29,941 bases of DNA from the IMG/VR virus record IMGVR_UViG_3300030606_000037, positions 1 to 29,941 of that record, one strand, 5' to 3'. This stretch comes from a virus (Duplodnaviria > Caudoviricetes). Positions within the stretch are counted from its first letter, which is position 1, and every line of letters begins with the position of its first letter. The notes beneath the pieces are model-generated. The model was not told the DNA's origin. It made no database searches and saw only the letters and a list, made by a program, of their open reading frames with translations. Positions 1 to 8,346 of this stretch are shown one piece after another. A program made the translations under genes and the position numbers.

Positions 1-2
1 CG

Positions 3-248
3 CTCGACATGCGCACTTGGCACCGATGCGAAACGACGCATTGCCGCGCCGGCTGGATCGTGACGCTGGCTGGCGCAGGTGGAGCCGCGCTCGAATTCGC
101 GATGGGCACGGCCGCCGCTGCGACGTTTATCTACCTCAAGAGCGACCCGACGCTCGAGCGCGTGCCGGATTTCCACGCTGACAACCAACCCGCGCTCGAC
201 GACATGCGTCGACTGGCTGAACTGGAAGCGGAGCGGGAGAAGGCGTGA
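3..248 (+). CDS. 3' part of a phage protein truncated by the window edge; C-terminal WHxCETTHCRAGW domain
   Basis: The frame is open from the window edge. I recall this motif at the C-terminus of phage pentapeptide-repeat proteins. The stop overlaps the next start (GTGA). Confidence 0.6.
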   Translation, partial: LDMRTWHRCETTHCRAGWIVTLAGAGGAALEFAMGTAAAATFIYLKSDPTLERVPDFHADNQPALDDMRRLAELEAEREKA

Positions 249-580
249 TGGCTCTGCACGACCACACCGACTTCGAATACGACCGCCCGAGCTGGCGCGA
301 CGCGTATCAGGAGCTCGACCTCATCGAGTTCCTGCACACGCTCGCCGCCACGATGAACGAGCAGCACGCCTACTCGGTCGCACAGAGCCTCATCGTCTGC
401 GCGCAGTACATCGAGGGGCGGCGACACGGACAGCCGGCGGCGCATGCGGAGTTCCTGCGGGACTTCGCGCGCTCGCTCACCGACAAGGACGGGCTATCGG
501 CGTATCTCGTCTGTGATCGGTTGTTGGCCGCTGCTGAGTGCATCGAGGAGCTTGGTCTCGAGCGGGTGTCGGCGGCGTGA
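245..580 (+). CDS. hypothetical protein (111 aa)
   Basis: GC3-rich codon usage; 4-nt overlaps with both neighbours. Confidence 0.7.
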   Translation: MMALHDHTDFEYDRPSWRDAYQELDLIEFLHTLAATMNEQHAYSVAQSLIVCAQYIEGRRHGQPAAHAEFLRDFARSLTDKDGLSAYLVCDRLLAAAECIEELGLERVSAA

Positions 581-813
581 GCGCCATCCTACGCGTCGGC
601 GACACCGTCCTGCACCGGAGCGGCTTCGGCCTTCATGAGCCGCGGCCGGCGAAGGTGCTGCACATCGAGCACTGCCAGGACGACCCGAAGTACGGATTCG
701 ACGTGCCGGAAATCGCATGGGCGTTACGCAATCAGATCGTCGTCGATCTCGACAACGGACATTGGGCGTTCGGGATTCAGATCGAGCCGATCGAGCGGGA
801 GGCGTCAGCATGA
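577..813 (+). CDS. hypothetical protein (78 aa, MSAILRVGDTV...)
   Basis: GTG at 577 overlaps the previous TGA; the stop overlaps the next ATG. Confidence 0.7.
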   Translation: MSAILRVGDTVLHRSGFGLHEPRPAKVLHIEHCQDDPKYGFDVPEIAWALRNQIVVDLDNGHWAFGIQIEPIEREASA

Positions 814-971
814 GCGCGCAACGCCCGCCAGCGGAGAACCGCCTTAAGCGCCTCGAAGTCTGCAGCCTCAAGGTGCACGAGGCGATCGTCTCGCTGCGGC
901 GAACGCTGCGGGAGTCGAAGATGGCGCGGGCGAAGCTCGGCGCGGTACGCATTCGAGCGTCGAGACGATGA
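810..971 (+). CDS. small basic hypothetical protein (53 aa)
   Basis: GGAGG upstream of ATG 810; ATGA overlaps at both ends. Confidence 0.6.
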   Translation: MSAQRPPAENRLKRLEVCSLKVHEAIVSLRRTLRESKMARAKLGAVRIRASRR

Positions 972-1834
972 GCGCCGTTCCCGAGCCCTCGGCGCGCGCG
1001 CGCATTCTGCCGGTCACACCGGACGAGTACTTCCTCGATCCGTGCGAGCGGCCGTCGCTGTCGCAATCGATCGCGCGCACGCTGATCACGCGCTCGCCGG
1101 CGCATGCGTGGACCGAGCATCCGCGGTTCGGCGGGATCCGGCGGGCGCCGACCAAAGCGACCGACGACGGCTCGATCATCCACAAGCTGCTACTCGGCAA
1201 GGGCGTCGACGTCGAAATCATCAGCGGCTTCAACGACTTCAAGAAAAAGGCCGCGCAGGAAGCGCGCGACGCCGCGAAGGATGCCGGCAAGATCCCGATG
1301 CTCGAGCACAGGTTCGCCGCGATCGAGACCGCGGCCGACCGATTGCGAACGACGATCGCGCGGCACGGCATCGAGCTCGACGGCGAGAGCGAGATCGCGT
1401 TCGAGTGGCACGAGCCGGGCTTCGAGGGCGACGTCCTCTGCCGGGCCCTCATGGATCACGTCATCCTCTCGCGCGGCCGCATCATCGATCTCAAGAAGAT
1501 CGTCTCGGCAGACGCGCGCACGTGCTCGCGGCATGCGTACGACTACGGCTACGACATCCAGCACGCCGCCTACACGTCGGCGATCGAGAAGCTCAAGCCC
1601 GAGCTCGCGGGCCGGATCGAGTTCCTGTTTGTCTTCATGGAGCTCGAGGAGCCGTATGCGGTCGTGCCGGCGGCGCCGGATGGGATGCTGCGCGAGCTCG
1701 GCGAGCGGCGATGGCGGCGGGCCGTCGAGCTTTGGGAAAAATGCTTGAACGCCGATCGTTGGCCGAGCTACTGCTCGTCGGTGACGAGCCTGGAAGCGCC
1801 GACCTGGGCTTTGTATCAGGAGGGGCTCGCCTGA
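968..1834 (+). CDS. PD-(D/E)XK exonuclease, RecE/exonuclease VIII (DUF3799)-like
   Basis: SLSQS...SPAH N-terminus, CRALMD...IIDLKK catalytic motif, YGYDIQHAAY, FLFVFMELEEPY; lies upstream of a Sak4-like ATPase. Confidence 0.88.
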   Translation: MSAVPEPSARARILPVTPDEYFLDPCERPSLSQSIARTLITRSPAHAWTEHPRFGGIRRAPTKATDDGSIIHKLLLGKGVDVEIISGFNDFKKKAAQEARDAAKDAGKIPMLEHRFAAIETAADRLRTTIARHGIELDGESEIAFEWHEPGFEGDVLCRALMDHVILSRGRIIDLKKIVSADARTCSRHAYDYGYDIQHAAYTSAIEKLKPELAGRIEFLFVFMELEEPYAVVPAAPDGMLRELGERRWRRAVELWEKCLNADRWPSYCSSVTSLEAPTWALYQEGLA

Positions 1835-2364
1835 TGGCTCGCAAACCGCTCGACGTCCTTGGGCGCAAGTTTCATCGGCTGACTGTTCTCGCACGAGCCG
1901 ACAGCCAGAACGGTAACGCTCGCTGGCAGTGCCGGTGCGACTGCGGCGAAGTAGTCGTAGTGTCCGGCGCAAAGCTCGTCAATGGCACGACACGGTCGTG
2001 CGGATGCCTTAAACGCCGGCACGCCGCTGACTTGAACCGGACGCACGGCCACAGCCGCACACCCAGCTACGAAATCTGGAAAGCGATGCGACAGAGGTGC
2101 ACCAATCCACGGCATAAGGATTGGCACTTCTACGGCGGCCGCGGCATTCGCGTCTGCGCGCGCTGGGACAGCTTCGAGAACTTCCTTGCGGACATGGGGC
2201 CCAGACCGTCGTTGCAACACTCCATTGACCGTTACCCGAACCAGAACGGCAACTACGAGCCCGGCAACTGCCGCTGGGCGACCGCCGCCGAACAAGCCCA
2301 GAACCGCCGCCCGCGCAGTACGCGGCGAGCGCCAACTTCCCAAGGGAGCGAACATGGCTGCTAA
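1834..2364 (+). CDS. free-standing HNH (homing-type) endonuclease (176 aa)
   Basis: ATG 1834 overlaps the exonuclease stop (TGATG); motifs WQCRCDCG, TRSCGC, YGGRGIRVCARW, SIDRYPNQNGNYEPGNCRWAT. Confidence 0.88.
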   Translation: MARKPLDVLGRKFHRLTVLARADSQNGNARWQCRCDCGEVVVVSGAKLVNGTTRSCGCLKRRHAADLNRTHGHSRTPSYEIWKAMRQRCTNPRHKDWHFYGGRGIRVCARWDSFENFLADMGPRPSLQHSIDRYPNQNGNYEPGNCRWATAAEQAQNRRPRSTRRAPTSQGSEHGC

Positions 2365-3514
2365 CCCCCGTAGATTCGAGCACCGCCCCGCCGTCCGTGC
2401 CGCAACGCCGCTTCTGTTCGGCATTGTCGGCCCGAGTTCCAGCGGCAAGACCTTCAGTGCGTTGCGCCTGGCGACCGGCATGCAGCGCGTCGCCGGTGGT
2501 GAGATCTTTCTCGTGGACACTGAGCACAATCGGGCGCTCGCGTACGCCGATCGCTTTCGCTTTACGCACGTTCCCTTCGCGCCGCCGTTCTCGCCGCTCG
2601 ACTACATCGACGCGATCGAGCACTGCGCCCATGCCGGCGCGCGAATCATCGTGATCGACAGCCTGTCGCACGAGCACTCAGGCCAAGGCGGCGTGCTCGA
2701 CTGGCACCAAAAGGAAGTCGACCGCCTGTCAGGCGGTGACGCCGACAAGGCGGAGCGCGTGAAAATGCTCGCGTGGGCAAAGCCGAAGGCCGCCCGCCGC
2801 AAGCTCATCAATGCGATTGTGCAGGCGAACCTCAACATCATCGCGTGCTTCCGGGCGAAGGAAAAGCTCAGGCTCGTTCGCGGGAAGGAACCCGTGCCGC
2901 TCGGTTTCATGCCAGAGGCCGGAGAAGAATTTGTTTACGAGCTGACCGCGAAGGCGCTACTGATGCCGGGCGCCGAGGGCGTGCCAACGTGGCAGCCCGA
3001 GCGCGAGGGCGAAAAGATGATGGTGAAGCTACCCGAGCAGTTCCGCGGCATTTTCACCGGCGCCAAGGGCAAGCCGCTCGACGAGGACATCGGTGAGCAG
3101 CTTGCTCAGTGGGCGGCCGGCGGAATCGGCATCGAGCTCGTCGACGCCTACTCGCACTGCGCCGACAAGGTCGCCTTCGACGCGCTCGAGAAGCGCCGGG
3201 CCGAAGCCTGGCCGCAGCTCGCGCCAGCCGAGAAAAAGACGGTCAAGCAGGCAAGCGACGAGGCCGCCGCGCGCATCGCGTCGCAGGCGACGGACGCGGC
3301 CGCCGAACCGCAGCAGGCCGATCTCGCGGCACCCGCCGACGCGGCATCCGCATTCGACGAGGACTCGGCCGTCAAGGCGCTGATGCAATGCAAGTCGCCG
3401 AAGAAGCTCGCCGACACGTGGGCCGCGATCGTCGCCGACTACCAGTCGAGCGACCGCGAGCTCCCGCTGCCGGTCGAGGCGAAGTACGAGGAGATGAGGG
3501 ACGCGCTGCAGTGA
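2354..3514 (+). CDS. AAA-family ATPase, Sak4/AAA_24-like recombination protein (386 aa)
   Basis: GGGAG RBS before ATG 2354; Walker A GPSSSGKT, VDTE, Walker B IIVIDSLSHE; acidic, Ala-rich C-terminus. Confidence 0.85.
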   Translation: MAANPRRFEHRPAVRAATPLLFGIVGPSSSGKTFSALRLATGMQRVAGGEIFLVDTEHNRALAYADRFRFTHVPFAPPFSPLDYIDAIEHCAHAGARIIVIDSLSHEHSGQGGVLDWHQKEVDRLSGGDADKAERVKMLAWAKPKAARRKLINAIVQANLNIIACFRAKEKLRLVRGKEPVPLGFMPEAGEEFVYELTAKALLMPGAEGVPTWQPEREGEKMMVKLPEQFRGIFTGAKGKPLDEDIGEQLAQWAAGGIGIELVDAYSHCADKVAFDALEKRRAEAWPQLAPAEKKTVKQASDEAAARIASQATDAAAEPQQADLAAPADAASAFDEDSAVKALMQCKSPKKLADTWAAIVADYQSSDRELPLPVEAKYEEMRDALQ

Positions 3515-3741
3515 CCTTCGACACCGACACCACCGAAGCCCATGAGCGCCGCATCACCCGCTGCCGCGAGCCGTCCTGCCGCGCGCGCATCGTATGGCTC
3601 AAGACTGCGACCGGCGCGAACATGCCATGCGATGCCGACACCGTCGAGGCTGACGACGACGAATACGACGCCACCAAACACGTCAGCCACTTCAAGACCT
3701 GCCGTGCGCCGAATCGGTTCAGCGGGCGGCGGAAGAAATAG
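3511..3741 (+). CDS. small zinc-binding phage protein (76 aa)
   Basis: GTG 3511 overlaps the upstream stop; CREPSC...IVW...SHFKTC Cys/His pattern. Confidence 0.75.
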   Translation: MTFDTDTTEAHERRITRCREPSCRARIVWLKTATGANMPCDADTVEADDDEYDATKHVSHFKTCRAPNRFSGRRKK

Positions 3742-3770
3742 GCCAGCGTCCGGTTTAGGCACGAGGACTC

Positions 3771-3971
3771 ATGTTCACCTTCACCAAAAACGGTCAACGC
3801 TACGCGGTCATTCACACGCCCTGGTCCGGTACGTGGATCGTCGGCGAATACGGGATAGCGTATCGAGGTTTATCAATGGGACGCCAGCAAGGCCCTCACC
3901 GCGGATCAGAGAGTGTCAGTGGACGCGCTGACTTGTCTGCGGTCATTCCTGCTGGCGGCCCGCCTTTTTAG
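3771..3971 (+). CDS. hypothetical protein (66 aa)
   Basis: GAGGA RBS before the ATG; codon usage in the 3' half is atypical. Confidence 0.4.
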   Translation: MFTFTKNGQRYAVIHTPWSGTWIVGEYGIAYRGLSMGRQQGPHRGSESVSGRADLSAVIPAGGPPF

Positions 3972-4072
3972 GTCACCGCCGCCAAGATCCGCATCACGAA
4001 CGAAAGCTAAAGCCAACTGGACAACCAACGCAGATCACTGTAACCACGGGACGACCCCGTAAGGAGATAGAG

Positions 4073-4210
4073 ATGGATGATCGAGAGTATCAGTTGCGAG
4101 TTGAGGCGTTGGCCAACGCGGTGCGGCATCGACTCAAAGAGGAAACCGCTGACGACATAGTGAAGTCGGCAGAGAAGTATTTCGCGTTTCTTAAAGGCGA
4201 GCAGGAGTAA
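4073..4210 (+). CDS. small hypothetical protein (45 aa, MDDREYQLRVEALANAVRHRLKEETADDIVKSAEKYFAFLKGEQE); not in the ORF track
   Basis: Strong AAGGAG RBS at 4061-4066, ATG 4073, TAA 4208-4210; amphipathic helical pattern. Confidence 0.7.
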   Translation: MDDREYQLRVEALANAVRHRLKEETADDIVKSAEKYFAFLKGEQE

Positions 4211-4218
4211 CCGCGAAT

Positions 4219-4244
4219 GGCAGGGGCGGGCAACCGCTCCTGCC
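4219..4244 (+). promoter_or_regulatory. 11-bp GC-rich hairpin with GCAA tetraloop (possible terminator, pause or mRNA-stability element)
   Basis: GGCAGGGGCGG-GCAA-CCGCTCCTGCC with one G-U pair, intergenic, no U tract directly after the stem. Confidence 0.5.
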
Positions 4245-4274
4245 TCAACCATCCAGTTTCCTTTAGGAGCAAAC

Positions 4275-4781
4275 ATGCAAGCACGAGAATGGCGAACTGT
4301 CGATAAGTCCGAATGGGACCGCGGCGAATGGGATGACGAGCCGGACAAGATGCAATGGCAGGACGAGGCTACCGGCCTGCCATGCTTGATCGTTCGTAAT
4401 CCGTCAGGCGCGCTGTGCGGCTACGTGGGAGTCGCTGAGGGGCACCCATGCTTCGGCATCAATTACGACGACGCCAAGCCCGTCACTCCCATAGATGACG
4501 ACGAGAGCGACTACATCGACGTTCACGGCGGGCTCACGTTCGCCGACTTCTGCGCCGACACTGGCGACGAGTCGAAGCATGTCTGTCACGTTCCTGATCC
4601 TGGGGAGCCCAAGCACGTATGGTGGCTTGGTTTCGACTGTGCGCATTCGGGCGATCTGAGCCCGAAGTACGCGAGATATTACCGCGAGAGAGGCTTGGGA
4701 CTCAGCGACAGGTATGAAACGTACAAAGCTCTCGGCTACGTCAAAAGCCAAGTAGCGAAGCTCGCGCGTCAGCTCGCATAG
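4275..4781 (+). CDS. conserved phage hypothetical protein (168 aa)
   Basis: AGGAG RBS; motifs CGYVG..GHP, VHGGLT and WWLGFDCAHSGD that recur in phage proteins. Confidence 0.85.
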   Translation: MQAREWRTVDKSEWDRGEWDDEPDKMQWQDEATGLPCLIVRNPSGALCGYVGVAEGHPCFGINYDDAKPVTPIDDDESDYIDVHGGLTFADFCADTGDESKHVCHVPDPGEPKHVWWLGFDCAHSGDLSPKYARYYRERGLGLSDRYETYKALGYVKSQVAKLARQLA

Positions 4782-4802
4782 CGCGCGCGCTTTCAGCCAG
4801 CA

Positions 4803-6179
4803 ATGACCTATTCAACCTTCATCGCGAACAAGCTTGCCCGCTTCCGCCCGGCCGGCTTCGAGCCCGCGGCCGTGAATCCGCACCTGTTCGATTTCCAAGA
4901 CGCCCTCACACGATGGGGGCTGCGGACCGGGCGTTGCGCGCTGTTCGCAGATACGGGCCTCGGCAAGACGCGCATGCAGCTCGCTTGGGCCGATGCCGTC
5001 CGGGTGCACGCTGGCGGCTCCGTGCTGATCCTTGCGCCGCTGGCCGTTGCAGAGCAGACCGTCGAGGAAGGCGCGGCCATGGGCATTACGGTGCGTCATG
5101 TCCGCGAAGCTGCCGCCATCGAGGGTATCTGCATCACGAACTACGAGCGCCTGCACAAGTTCGATACGTCCGCGCTGGCCGGCGCCGTGCTGGACGAATC
5201 GAGCATCATCAAGCACCACGACTCAAAGTCGTTCGGGCTGCTCACCGAGGCCTTCGCAGATACGCCGTACAAACTCTGCGCGACCGCGACGCCGGCGCCG
5301 AACGATTGGACCGAGCTTGGGACACATGCCGAGTTCCTGGGCGTGTGCTCGCGCCCGGAAATGCTGGCCGAGTTCTTCGTCCACGACGCCGCGAAAACGC
5401 AGGACTGGCGCCTCAAGGGGCACGCACGGGCAGCATTCTGGGAGTGGGTTAGCTCGTGGGCCGCGGTCGTGCGGAACCCTGCTGATATCGGCTTTGACGG
5501 CTCCCGATACGAGCTCCCATGGCTCAACGTCCAGCAACACACGATCGAGAGCGAAGCCGCGCCACTCGCTGGGCAGCTATTCGCAATGGAGGCCTCGACG
5601 CTGAGCGAGCGCCGGAACGCGCGACGCAAGTCCATCGACGCGCGCGTATCGGCATGCGCAGCTCTCGCCAACGAGACGAATGGCGCGTGGGTCGTATGGT
5701 GTGACCTCAACGCTGAATCCGAGATGCTGGCGGACGCCATCGATGGCGCCATCGAGGTCCGTGGCTCGCAGTCTCTCGACGAGAAGGAAGCGGCGCTCGA
5801 TGCCTTTAGGCACGGCAGCGCGCGCGTGATCGTCACAAAGCCATCGATCGCGGGATTCGGGCTCAACTGGCAACACTGCGCACATATGGCGTTTGTCGGC
5901 GTGACAGACAGCTACGAGAGCTATTACCAGGCGGTTAGGCGTTGCTGGCGGTTCGGTCAAACGCGGCCTGTCCAAGTGCACGTGTTCGCCTCTGATCTTG
6001 AGGGCGCCGTTGTCGCCAATTTGAACCGGAAGGAGCAGTCCGCTGCCGAGATGGCGGCCGAGATGGTCTCATTCACTGCTGAGGCCGTTCGCCGAAACGT
6101 CGTCGGCGCTCAACACTCCACGAACGAATACGAGGATCGCCACCCAATGAAGCTCCCGGAGTTTATATGCGCTGCGTAG
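4803..6179 (+). CDS. SF2 (SNF2-like) helicase of the helicase-methylase gene pair
   Basis: Walker A DTGLGKT, LDESS, TATPAPND, GFGLNWQ, QAVRRCWRFGQ. Confidence 0.9.
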   Translation: MTYSTFIANKLARFRPAGFEPAAVNPHLFDFQDALTRWGLRTGRCALFADTGLGKTRMQLAWADAVRVHAGGSVLILAPLAVAEQTVEEGAAMGITVRHVREAAAIEGICITNYERLHKFDTSALAGAVLDESSIIKHHDSKSFGLLTEAFADTPYKLCATATPAPNDWTELGTHAEFLGVCSRPEMLAEFFVHDAAKTQDWRLKGHARAAFWEWVSSWAAVVRNPADIGFDGSRYELPWLNVQQHTIESEAAPLAGQLFAMEASTLSERRNARRKSIDARVSACAALANETNGAWVVWCDLNAESEMLADAIDGAIEVRGSQSLDEKEAALDAFRHGSARVIVTKPSIAGFGLNWQHCAHMAFVGVTDSYESYYQAVRRCWRFGQTRPVQVHVFASDLEGAVVANLNRKEQSAAEMAAEMVSFTAEAVRRNVVGAQHSTNEYEDRHPMKLPEFICAA

Positions 6180-7039
6180 ACCAACGGACGGGCAAGGACT
6201 GGGCGCTGTATCTCGGCGATTGCGTCGAAGTGCTCAAGGGCATTCCCGAGCGCAGCATCCACTACTCGATATTTTCCCCGCCGTTCGCGTCGCTGTACAC
6301 GTACTCGAACAGCCCGCGCGACATGGGCAACTGCAAGACGCAGGAACAGTTCTTCGAGCACTTCGGCTATCTCGTAGACGAACTCGTGCGGATCATGCAG
6401 CCCGGCCGGGATGTGTCGTTCCATTGCATGTTGCTCCCGACGTCGAAGGCCATGAGCGGCGTGATCGGGCTCCGCGACTTCCGCGGCGAACTGATCCGAT
6501 GCTTCGAGGCTCGCGGCTTCATCCACCATTCCGAAGTCGTGATCTGGAAGGATCCAGTGACCGCCATGCAGCGCACGAAAGCGCTCGGGCTGCTGCACAA
6601 GACGGTACGCAAGAACAGCAGCATGGCGCGTCAGGGGATACCCGATTACCTCGTGACGATGCGTGCGCCTGGCGACCCCATCGAACGGGTCACGCATGAC
6701 GATTACCCGGTCGATAAGTGGCAACGCGTCGCGTCGCCCGTGTGGACCGATATCAATCCGTCGGACACGCTGCAATACCGGAGCGCGCGCGAGCACGACG
6801 ACGAGCGCCACATCGCGCCGCTGCAGCTCGAGGTCATCCGCCGCGGCATCGAGCTTTGGACGAATCCGGGCGATATCGTCCTCTCGCCGTTCGCCGGCAT
6901 CGGTAGCGAGGGATACGTCGCGATCGAGCTCGGGCGCCGATTTGTCGGCGTCGAACTGAAGCGCTCGTACTTCGAGCAGGCGTGCGCGAATCTCGCGAGC
7001 GCCGATGCGCAAGCCGATATGTTCGCGGTCAATACCTAA
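6167..7039 (+). CDS. DNA amino-methyltransferase (N4-cytosine/N6-adenine family, beta-class motif order)
   Basis: GDCVE, catalytic SPPF near the N-terminus, SAM-binding VLSPFAGIGS near the C-terminus, GVELK. Confidence 0.92.
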   Translation: MRCVDQRTGKDWALYLGDCVEVLKGIPERSIHYSIFSPPFASLYTYSNSPRDMGNCKTQEQFFEHFGYLVDELVRIMQPGRDVSFHCMLLPTSKAMSGVIGLRDFRGELIRCFEARGFIHHSEVVIWKDPVTAMQRTKALGLLHKTVRKNSSMARQGIPDYLVTMRAPGDPIERVTHDDYPVDKWQRVASPVWTDINPSDTLQYRSAREHDDERHIAPLQLEVIRRGIELWTNPGDIVLSPFAGIGSEGYVAIELGRRFVGVELKRSYFEQACANLASADAQADMFAVNT

Positions 7040-7155
7040 CTGCCGCACGGACACACGAACCCAATGACTTTTATTCTCACAATCGGGACGATTAGGCAAA
7101 ACCCTGAAACCGTTAGGATTTATTGGGACGGATTGCGATGAATAGGCTTTTGATA

Positions 7156-7203
7156 TGGCGTCCCCACGGGGATTCGAACCCCGGTTGTCGCCGTGAAAGG
7201 GCG
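7156..7203 (-). mobile_element. attP-like core: 3' half of tRNA-Glu(UUC), from the anticodon arm to CCA
   Basis: Reverse complement is CGCC-CT-TTC-AC-GGCG-ACAAC-CGGGG-TTCGAAT-CCCCG-TGGGGAC-G-CCA. No D-arm or 5' acceptor strand upstream, and phage genes lie on both sides. Confidence 0.85.
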
Positions 7204-7273
7204 TCCGAAAGAATAGCCCGCTCAATTGCCTGCGCGCAATCCTACTAGCTGCGGCTACTAGGAGAAACAGTCT

Positions 7274-7888
7274 ATGGTGGGCAACGGACAAGCCGAGCCG
7301 GTCACAGCGTTCCCGCTGCAATGGCCGGCCGGTCGCAAACGAGCGCGCTGGCGCAAACATGCCCGCTTCGGTGCGAAGCATGGCCTGACGCTCGGCAAAG
7401 CTCGCGACGACGCATTTCGTCAGATCAAGTTGCTCGGCGGCAAGCTGCCGATCCTGTCATCGAACCTCGAATTGCGGCTCGACGGGCTTCCCTATGCGAA
7501 CCAGCGCCAACCGGACGATCCTGGAGTCGCCGTCTACTTCATGTACAAGGGCACGCAGCACTGTTTCGCGTGCGACGAGTGGCACAAGGTCGAGGACAAC
7601 GTGTTCGCTATCGCCAAGACGATCGATGCCCTTCGAGGGATCGAGCGATGGGGAACTGGCGACATGCTCGAACGGGCCTTCCAAGGCTTCCAGGCGCTCC
7701 CGAATCCCGCTCAGTGGTGGCACGTGCTCGGCTTCGATTCTCTCGTTGGCGTAACGCGAGAGACGCTTGAGGACCGCTACAAGCGGCTAGCGATGCAGCG
7801 GCACCCCGACCGCGGCGGAACAACGGACTCGATGGCCGAGCTCAACTGGGCTCGCGACAAGGGCTACGAACATTTGGGAACTGGATGA
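7274..7888 (+). CDS. phage protein with C-terminal DnaJ (J) domain
   Basis: AGGAG RBS; WWHVLG...YKRLAMQRHPDRGG...ELNWA J-domain signature; FPLQWP...DPGVAVYF N-terminal domain. Confidence 0.88.
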   Translation: MVGNGQAEPVTAFPLQWPAGRKRARWRKHARFGAKHGLTLGKARDDAFRQIKLLGGKLPILSSNLELRLDGLPYANQRQPDDPGVAVYFMYKGTQHCFACDEWHKVEDNVFAIAKTIDALRGIERWGTGDMLERAFQGFQALPNPAQWWHVLGFDSLVGVTRETLEDRYKRLAMQRHPDRGGTTDSMAELNWARDKGYEHLGTG

Positions 7889-7889
7889 C

Positions 7890-8039
7890 ATGAGCAGCCG
7901 ACGTAAAAAGCGCGTGAGATTCAATTGGATGGTCCGCGCGTGGGTCGAGAACGATAGCCCGCTGGCGTTGCCGCATCACACCTACTGGTGGTGGTCGTAC
8001 ACGCACAAGAGCTGGCTCGTCAGATACGTACCTGTCTAG
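7890..8039 (+). CDS. possible small Trp-rich basic protein (49 aa)
   Basis: ATG 1 nt after the upstream stop, fills the gap; no recognisable motif. Confidence 0.35.
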   Translation: MSSRRKKRVRFNWMVRAWVENDSPLALPHHTYWWWSYTHKSWLVRYVPV

Positions 8040-8142
8040 CGCAGAGAATTTACCAATGGGCAGTCTCGGACAACTCCGGCCAGGAAACCACGTCAAAAAC
8101 GACATGGCGTCCGGGGCTGCCCGCCACTGCTGGGAGTAATCA

Positions 8143-8337
8143 GTGCCGGTATACGCCTCATACGGAACGCGCGACAAGGAAGCCAAATGCTGCGGCACTT
8201 GCGAGTACAGCTTTGGGAGCAGTGCCGCCGTAGGCATCCGGCTCGGCTGTTGGAAGGGGCACGTTAGCTGGTTTTCGATGCCGGACGACAAGCCCTGCAA
8301 TGGTAAGGACTGGGCGCCTCGAATGCGCCCGCGCTGA
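8143..8337 (+). CDS. small Cys-rich hypothetical protein (64 aa)
   Basis: GGAG RBS before GTG; CCGTCEY...C...C pattern. Confidence 0.55.
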   Translation: MPVYASYGTRDKEAKCCGTCEYSFGSSAAVGIRLGCWKGHVSWFSMPDDKPCNGKDWAPRMRPR

Positions 8338-8346
8338 GGTAAGACA

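Noticed and set aside
1042-1833. 440-aa version of the HNH ORF
   Set aside because: The N-terminal part overlaps the exonuclease out of frame and is Arg-rich shadow translation; the real start is ATG 1834.
3969-4010. Coding-like codons (VTAAKIRITNES) continuing in frame after the TAG of ORF 3771-3971
   Set aside because: Too short to distinguish a decayed gene from chance.
7156-7230. Complete tRNA-Glu gene
   Set aside because: Only the anticodon arm to CCA is present; the upstream sequence has no D-arm and no GTCCCC 5' acceptor strand, so it is treated as an att core.
6110-7381. 423-aa minus-strand ORF spanning the att site, a possible integrase
   Set aside because: It is antisense to the MTase and shows no tyrosine- or serine-recombinase motifs.
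8056-8337. In-frame TAA between a 27-codon ORF and the 64-aa ORF, suggesting a pseudogene or read-through
   Set aside because: The downstream GTG has its own GGAG RBS, and conserved genes show no sign of stop-codon recoding.
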